From NCBI GenBank assembly GCA_964016885.1, contig OZ024740.1, forward strand, positions 182,342,001-182,406,000: 64,000 nucleotides of DNA, in the 5' to 3' direction. This DNA is from Eledone cirrhosa (Eukaryota). The notes under the pieces were generated by a model. The model was not told the origin of the DNA and ran no database searches. It saw only the letters and a list, made by a program, of their open reading frames with translations. Within the stretch, counting starts at the first letter, position 1, and the number at the start of each line of letters is the position of its first letter. Positions 55,760 to 64,000 of the stretch are shown here, in pieces. A program made the translations under genes and the position numbers.

Positions 55760-56330
55760 TGGTAACCCAGTACAACCTGTTCTATGGTTGGGTCATCAGC
55801 AACTAAACCAGCAACCCTGCAAGGTTTGCTTGGTGAGGAGGGTGATTATTGGACATCCTGCAGGACGAAAAACAAAACCTGTCAAAGGGCAAAGGTACTC
55901 ATGTGAATTCGATGGCCATCCGTTAGCATGTACATATCTCGGTTGCAGTCAGGTCAGGTTTTTCTGGTTTCCCTGGATTTTCCTGCTAATGGCTACCATG
56001 TAGCCCAGTACTACCTGCCACATTGGGCCAGATGGAGGTAATTAATATTGGCAGTTAGTCCATCTAGAAGGAAAACACTGAATCCAAACCTCCACTGCTT
56101 TGTGGTGATATCCAATCATGGGAAGGCTTCAGGAGTAAACATTGTGGAAAAATCCAGATACAGAGCCCCTAAGGTAGTTCATTGTTGATTACAACATCAT
56201 TCTCGCAGCTCCTGTGACAACGCTGTTGCCAAACTGTAGCAGCCTCGCTCAACGTTGTGGACAGGAGGGACATGCTGTATGGACAACATCCTGTCCTCCA
56301 AATCACATTGCCTAGGCTTGTATCAAGTCA
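55760..56330 (+). mobile_element. Old dispersed repeat, possibly a LINE 5' region (partial copy 23050-23210)
   Basis: Shared AACCCAGTACAAC...ATGGCCATCC block; TCTAGAAGGAAAACACTGAATCCAAACCT resembles RTE 5' sequences. Confidence 0.4.
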
Positions 56331-58369
56331 CACGATCTATAGCCTCAATCAGACCAAAATCTTATGAACTAGTTTTGGTAGGCAGAAACGGTGATGAATC
56401 ATGTCATATATATATTTAGTAAAAAGTAGGATTCAAATAATAAAAATGCTAGTATGGAGAAACAGAATACACATGATGATGATGATGTTGATGAAGTATG
56501 AAACTGCAATTCATATCATTAAGCTGTTGTACTTCATCATCCATTCTTCACTGATTGCACCAGCCTTATGAAGTTGTTGATTGCCTTGAGAGAGATATTG
56601 ACTTTTGGTTCACTACATGAAGGCAAAGCCTTTGAGAATAACTGATGAAAATCTATGGAATATTCTCATTTCAACATTACTTTTAAATATTCTTTAACTC
56701 CAGAACGGCCACACTCCAATGAACAAAGCTAGTAAAATTAATGTATATATATCTGTATATATCTCAGTTTGAGAATATGTATTTTGTATCACAGTTTTTA
56801 GAATAAATATGCTGTAATCCTGTATATTATAAGGTGTTGTTGAAAGTGTTGGCGTCAATAAGACACTGCCACAAAATATCTTACCCAATCCAACCCAAGC
56901 CAGAAAGGTTGATTTAAAACAATGATGAAGTTGATGATGATGGTGTGTGTATGTGGATGGAGGCTCTGTCAGTTTAACTTGCTATAACAGATTTACTGTA
57001 TAGTGACTAAAGTCTTCAAGACTGATCCAATGATACACACAATGAGTAGCAAGGCATGTCATCATCATCATCATCAACATCAGCAGCATCAGCAACAGAA
57101 GCAGCATCACCACCACCATCATCATCATCCTTAGAAATGTAAATTGTCCATATTATCCATAGAATATGTAGGCAGTCCATATGGCAATATTTCACTTTTA
57201 TTAACCACCAAATAAGAATAAGGTGCAATTGAAATGTTAGAGAAGAATATCCTTTACACTTCAATAACTCATAAATTACAAGACTAACTTTAGGATTGCT
57301 GCAAATCACTATTTCTCTTAAAACATTGCAAGTGGAACTCTATTGGAATGAAGCATACGATTCTCCTTAGCAATATTTCTAGTGTCAAAGGCCAAAACTA
57401 GAATAGTGAAAAACATTATATCTAGAAATAGTTCAGAATGCTAACTAGTCATGTACATTGATTTCTGATTTCTTACACACACGCACGACTTCAGAATTAT
57501 ATGAGATATAAAACTGTTCTATCAAACACAAGGAGTTAATAATTCCTTTAGAAGCGGCGTTACTGGTGAATACAAAGTTCTGTGAGAATGAAACAGAAAA
57601 CTTGCCTCTTCAAAGATCAGGCCTCCTGTGATTCTACTCTGACTTAATAATATACAATAGCAATATATGTGTATATACATATGCACATGTCTATGTATCT
57701 GTGATTGTGTGATTGTGTGATGTGTATATATATATAAAGTGTGTGACATAAAATTCCAGAGTTTTATATTGTATTATTTTGCTCCGTATATCAACACAAT
57801 TTAATTTAAAGTAAATTTACAAGTGATACAATATGTGATAAATGGAATTAGGAAGTAAATTTAATGAAATAGAACTGTAGTAGAATCTAATTGTTCACAC
57901 TATTGTGAAATGTTAAAATAATTATTTTCATAAATCACAACAGATATTACAAATTATCAACAATAGATATTTCATTTAACTCCTTAATACTAAGCAAATA
58001 AGAGGAATATTTTCATATTACAAGTTACTGTCTCCTAGAATAGTTGGTGTCTATTACTTTGACAAGATAGTGTAATAAAACAATGTTCAATTAGGTGTAC
58101 TGTTCAAATGAAAATCAACACTATATCAGTACAACATATCAAACTGCTACCACTGACCCTCTTCCATTAACCAATAGTCATTATTCTCTATATACTATTA
58201 CTCCTAGCACTACCTATATCACATCACTTATCCCTCAGCCACCCTTTTCACACTTATACTTACCATATATATAAGTCAAGAAATATGTGACAAAAAAATT
58301 GATGGTAAAATGATGTGGTCAACTTATATGCGAGGTCAATATTTTATCAATTTTCACCAACTTCAAATT

Positions 58370-58840
58370 CTGCACTTGTATGGACATGAGATGTGAAGGA
58401 ATGATGGTCACTGGATGAAGTGTAAAGAGTTCCTCTCCTACAGTTCGCATGGAAGGAAACTGTAGGAGAGGGAAGCTACAGAAGACCAAGGAAGACTTGG
58501 CAGATCTTAAAATACAAATAGGAGATGATGAAGGAACACAACACAGAAGAATGTTGTGCAGGAAAAGACCTGTAAACATAGAAAAGTGGATATGATGATG
58601 ATGATGATGATGATGATCATCATCATCGTTTAACGTCCATTTTCCACGCTAGCATAGGTCTGGACGGGAATTGTCCCACTTGAGGCAAGATTGGTTGTCT
58701 TGCTCAGGACTGTCTGGCGGATTTTCTACGGCTGGATGCCCTTCCTAACGCCAACCACGTTTACAGTGTGGACTGGGAGGTTTTTACCGTGTTACCTACA
58801 CGGCCACATTACAGCGTGGACTGTGTGTTTTTTGTTGTGA
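58370..58840. mobile_element. Two tail-to-tail RTE 3' fragments
   Basis: Plus-strand decayed C-terminus ending in (GAT)n directly joined to (CAT)n and a minus-strand 3' UTR. Confidence 0.6.
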
Positions 58841-59025
58841 CACCTACACATACATATACAGTTTCAGCCCATTCTATATAGCTGCCAAGGTGAAACTTCG
58901 AAGTCACTGCCACTTTTCAACTTACACTCCACCTATAAGTAGTGAGTGCTCATTCAATTAATGTTTGACTGTTTTAAGTACTATAATATTTTAAACACAC
59001 ATTCTAATATTACACACACACACAG

Positions 59026-59069
<44 letters not shown>

Positions 59070-60130
59070 TTACACACATATACTCGTACTTAATAAATGA
59101 ATGACTGGAGAAATTAATATAAATAAAAGATTATGCAAAAAGTATGACGACATTCACTGTTCTGAATAAAAATGAATAAAGAGCAAAATAAAGCTATTCA
59201 GTATTTCAGCATTAATAAACCTTAAACAGGAAATAAAATGAAACATTTAAAATAAAACATTTCATGATTATACCTAATAATGAAATGAAAAGTGTTATTT
59301 CATATACAATTCTTGAACTAAGCTGCAAAGATGCTACTGTATGTAATGAGTTGTTTATAGATATCAAGTTCAAAAATACAAATGAAAAAAAAAATTATTA
59401 AAGATATCAATATTCACTACCTTGAAGACAACATTTATTCAACTTATTATTTTTTTTTACATCAATACTTCCTAATAGTATAGAAATAAAAGCATGAAAT
59501 CAAATAGCAAATTTATAGTTCCTCTTTTGGGATTCTATGAAATATTCATCAGAAAAGACCCAACCACTAAAAACAAAAAAATAAAAACAACAAAATAAAT
59601 AATAGAACCGTATGCCAAATGACAATTTTTTGTTTTCTATTTATTTATATCATCATTTTCCACTGCACTTATTTGCATTGCACCTATTAACATCTCATGT
59701 GTTATCGTTTGTTGCAATCTTTCTAGCAGTAAATTCTTTGAACCAAAATTGCTTTTATCTGAAAATTAGAATGCTTCTTTTACCTAGATGAGTATACAAT
59801 GAGGTATCATCTACCTTTTTTTATATTTTAAAATTTGGGAACTTTATGTATGACCAAACACTTTCTTCTCAATGCTCCTCTTCCTTCTTCTTCTTCTTCA
59901 GATTGGCAAGATTGTTAAAGTGTCAGCTCTCTATGTTCTGAGTTTAAATGACACTGAGGTAAACCATGCTTACTATCCTTCTGCCATGGATAAAATAAAG
60001 TACCAGTCATGTACTGATGGTCTATAAACCCAATTTTCTCTTTATACAAAAATGTCTAGCCTAATAAATAAATTAGAAGCCATTACTATTATTGTTGTTG
60101 ATGTTCTTCTACTTATTATCATTATTATTA

Positions 60131-60465
60131 AGGGCAGTGAATTAGCTTTGTAGCATAGAGTTATGCCTCTTTACAGTCTGAGTTCAAATCCTGCCGAGGT
60201 TAACTTTACCTTTCATCCTTACGGGGTCGATAAAATAAAGTACCAGTAACGTACTGGGATAATTGCTAGCCTTGTACCAAAAGTAGAAACAATTATTAAG
60301 GGTGATTGGCAGTGTCATTTGAGTTAAAATCCTGCTGAGATTAGCTTTGCCTTTCATCCTTACGGGTTCGATAGAATAATGTATCAGAAACGCACTGGGT
60401 CAATTTTGAATTGACTTTCCCCTCCCTTTTAAATTGCTGGCTTTGTGCCCAAAGTAAAAACAATT
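60131..60465 (+). mobile_element. Tandem SINE family A copies
   Basis: Two successive box B plus CCTTTCATCCTTACGGG units; older copy at 59900-60020. Confidence 0.8.
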
Positions 60466-60519
60466 ATTATTGTTATTATTATTATTTGAAACTTTCTTTG
60501 AATTCTGCTTCTTTGCCAA

Positions 60520-60790
60520 ATCATGCCAAGTGTCAACCTGACGCCTGAGGCCAAATTTGCAGAAGAGCTCATCAGTACGGAATCGAAGTGTGCCTGAGGT
60601 GTTGATGGTGACCCATGCAAAGAGGAGGCAGCTGGACAATCGCTGGTATCTGTATGTCGTCCTTTCCTCTGCAATGCAGTACAGGGCTTTGTGGCCGAAG
60701 TAAATAAGTTGGAGAATGTGTCACAACATGTGGCATCCCAGATAACAGATCTACCTCCTTCAAATGGGAAGAGGATAATTCTGTTGGGGC
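60520..60790 (-). pseudogene. Restriction-like endonuclease fragment of a CRE-type non-LTR retrotransposon
   Basis: Manual translation PNRIILFPFEGGRSVIWDATCCDTFS, then (frameshift) AEERTTYRYQRLSSCLLFAWVTINTSGTL, matching RPDG..L.PW..G....WD.T..DT...AE.RK..KY......F.P...ET.G. Confidence 0.65.
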
Positions 60791-62733
60791 ACTTGGAGCA
60801 CAGTCAAGGCCAGTTGGCTCTATAATTAGTATTGAACATTTTTTCAGAAATAATATTATGTATTTAATTTATATAAATTAGGCATGGCTGTGTGGTTGTG
60901 AAGTTTGCTTTGCTCTCATGTCATTCTGGATTCAATCCTATTTCATCGACTCATGAGCAGATGTTTTTTATTTAACATAGCATCAAAGCAATCTAATCCT
61001 TGTGAGTGAAACATAGTTGAAAAACTTTGCAGAAACCTGTCAGATGAACTCTAGCTGTCCTTTGGGGTTTATAAATATAACAACAAAAAGAAGAGCAATA
61101 AAAAGAGGAATAAGAGCTACAATAATAATAGCAAGATTTATAAAATACTCTAAAAAGTTTAAAGATTCTTCCTACAGCTATCAGTCTGAGTAAACCCCAC
61201 TAGATTTATGATACAAAACTGCTCATTTAAAATGTTTGTCCTTATATTAAAACATTTCATCATAATCATATTTTAGACATTTTTCTGAAGTAATGTACTA
61301 AATATTAGCTTATCAATGAAAAACTTGGTCATTGATTAAATTCCTCCAACTGTTTGGTTATTTTCTAAATTAAGTGAATCACATAGGCAGTGTAATTTCT
61401 AAAGTTCAACACCAGCACCAGGCACTTGAGTTCTTTAACGTAATTTACTCTGTTGCAAATATTCAGAAGGGATCTCAGTTTGGAGCATAATCTGATATTT
61501 TGGTTCAGTGCTACATACTACAGTAAAAGTGACTCATGATTCCTTCCTATCAGTTCTATCATCATCATCGCCACTGCTGCTATTGGAAACAATGTAAAAT
61601 GATTTGGCTGCTTCTATGATAATAAAAAAGGAAAAGAGAAGAGCTAATCTGCAGGTCAAACCAAAAAACAATACTTTCATTGATCTTTCCATTGCTGGCA
61701 CTATCTGGCTGTTGCAATTCCTAACAAAGAGTTTGAAATTTGAACTATAAAGTGATTGTGCTGGTGACTGACAAAAAGTTCCAAGTCCACCCTGTTAAGT
61801 GGTTGAGTTGGTGACATAAAAAAGCAAAATGCAGGCACCCAGTCCAACCTGTCAGTTGGTCATTTTGGTGCCACTATAACAGGCATCCAGTCCACACTGT
61901 AAATGTGGTTGGTATTAGAAAGGGTATCCAGCCATAGAAACCAATCCAGAAATAGTTCTGTATGAGTAAGACACGGTCACCTGATATGACTTGTCTCACA
62001 ATGGGACAACTCATTTAAACCATACTAGCATGGAAAAATGGATGTCAAACAGTGATAATTATGATGATGATGGATGCAAAGCTGGTTCAGACACTGACTC
62101 ATTAACAATTCCACCAACCCACCACCACTGGACTTGTAATTTTTTCATTGACCCCAACAGGTTGAAAGTTGACCTAAGATACTAGATTCTTCTAAAAAGA
62201 AATAATTGTTATTCTCGATTCAACCTCCACCACGGCCACGAACACAACAACAACTACTACTACTACAGCTCCCATCATGACCACTATCAGCACATCCCCC
62301 AAGTCAACCACCACAACAACAACAACCAACATCACAAGCCTCAACTGCACCAACACAACCACCACTACCACCACATTGGTTTCAGAGATATTCCTCATAT
62401 CTATAACTTACATTATATCACTAAATATATTTCCATATTACCATCTATGTTATTTTATCTATAAGAGACTGAACTAGCTTCCATACTTTTTTCTTTCCTC
62501 TTTAAAGTAAAGCAGACTTAGTTTTCCATTATTCCTACATTTACATTGGCTCCTGAGCCCATTAGCTCTGAAAATCTCGATATGACATGGAAAATGGACT
62601 AAATAAAAATAATGCACACTCACACACACACACACACACATATATATATACAGCAAGGCACAATAAAAAAATATTATGGAAGAGCAATAATCTCAGTAAG
62701 ATATGGATGAATTATATATGTATATATATATGT

Positions 62734-64000
62734 ATCATCATCATCATCACCGTTTTACGTCCGTTCTTCCACGCTAGCATGGGTTAGACGGGTTGTCCTG
62801 TTGTGGACAGTGTCTGGTCGGCTGACCATGCCTTGCTCATACAGGAACTGATCTGGCTTGATTTCTACGGCTGGATGCCCTTCCTAACACCAACCTCATT
62901 TACAGTGAGTGCTGGGTGCTTTTTCGTGGCGCCTACACGTCCACTTTACAGTGTGGACTGGGTGCTTTTTTGCCGTGGCACCTCCACGACCACCTTGCGG
63001 TGGGGAGTGTGGGGAGATATTGTCTATATGCTTCAGCTTGTACCCATGGGAGGTCGGGTACTCTGTATTACTGCGTGACGCCAGAAGTCACGGTCGTGTG
63101 TCATTGTCTTTGAGAGGTGTAATTGGGTAAGGTCGGCTTTTATCACCTCATCCCAGGTCATCTTGGGTCTCCCCACTCCACGGTTTCCATCAACTTCTAG
63201 TGCTCTGCACCTTTTTATGCAGCTGTCATCCTTCATACGCATCACATGTCCATACCAGCGCAACCGCCTCTCCTGCACACAGCATTTGATTCCTCTTATG
63301 CTCAGTCTCTCTCTCAATTCATTTATGCATTGTCGTTCATGTATATTACTGTTACACATCCATCGGAGCATGCAGGCTTCGTTTCTCTCTAATCTACGTA
63401 AGTCTTCCACCTTCAGCGCCCAGGTCTCACTACCATGCAACATCGCTGTTCGGATACACGCATCATACAGTCTGCCTTTCATTCTGAGGGAGAAGCCTTT
63501 TGCAGCTAGCAGTGGTAGTAGTTCCCTAAACTTCTTCCATCCCGTTCTTACCATAGTTATTGTACTTTCTGAACACCCACCTCCATTGCTAATTCGGTCA
63601 CCTAGGTAGCAGAAGCTGTCTACTGTTTCTGCAGGGCCCTCCCAGAGATTGGTGGTACTTGTTTCCTGTGGCTGTTGGCTGCTTGCTGTCCCAGCACAGC
63701 TGCTGCATGTGAATCCTACATTCTAAATTAAGCTTCCTGAGATCCCGTTACATCTCTTGTGTACCCATTGTTTGCATTTGGGGCAGAGAATGGAGTTCCT
63801 ACCTACACCTTTCCTACATACTGAGCAAGGCCATTTCCCTGAGGGGATCTGGGTTCTGTTTTCTCGTCTACTTACAAGGACCTTAGTCTTTGTCATGTTG
63901 ACTTTGAGACCCTTTCTTTCTAGTCCCTGCTTCCAAGTTTGGAATTTATTCTCTAGTTCTACCATAGATTCAGCTATGAGTGCAAGGTCATCAGCATACA
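62734..64000 (-). mobile_element. RTE family 2 (continues past the window)
   Basis: YADDLAL, WPCSVCRKGVGRNSILCPKC, GRLYDAC, RRLRWYGHV, 3' UTR and (GAT)n tail. Confidence 0.93.

Noticed and set aside
62192-62477. Thr-rich mucin-like ORF
   Set aside because: Degenerate (ACC/AAC)n low-complexity DNA without splice support.

Overview
AT-rich eukaryotic (animal) DNA made almost entirely of transposable elements and (TA)n/(CA)n/(GA)n microsatellites. No host protein-coding exon could be supported. The repeat complement resembles a cephalopod (octopus-like) genome, but that is inference. Main contents: a near full-length but disrupted RTE LINE (1.9-5.0 kb) plus several copies of a second RTE family; two Penelope-like elements (PLEs, 6.3-9.6 kb and 9.9-14.1 kb), each with a 5' inverted pseudo-LTR and hammerhead motifs; a decayed autonomous Helitron (34.1-40.8 kb) and non-autonomous Helitrons; a piggyBac 5' fragment; a solo LTR; a Tigger-like MITE; two tRNA-derived SINE families; a CRE-type RLE fragment; and a ~3 kb (TA)n array. 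The most notable pattern is a recurring set of fold-back (inverted-repeat) elements embedded in (TA)n tracts. Most are non-coding, most have one arm running 40-100 nt past the other, and several carry minimal type-I hammerhead ribozymes in both orientations. There are also short mirror duplications of neighbouring DNA across TA tracts. Coordinates were counted by eye and may be off by a few bases.
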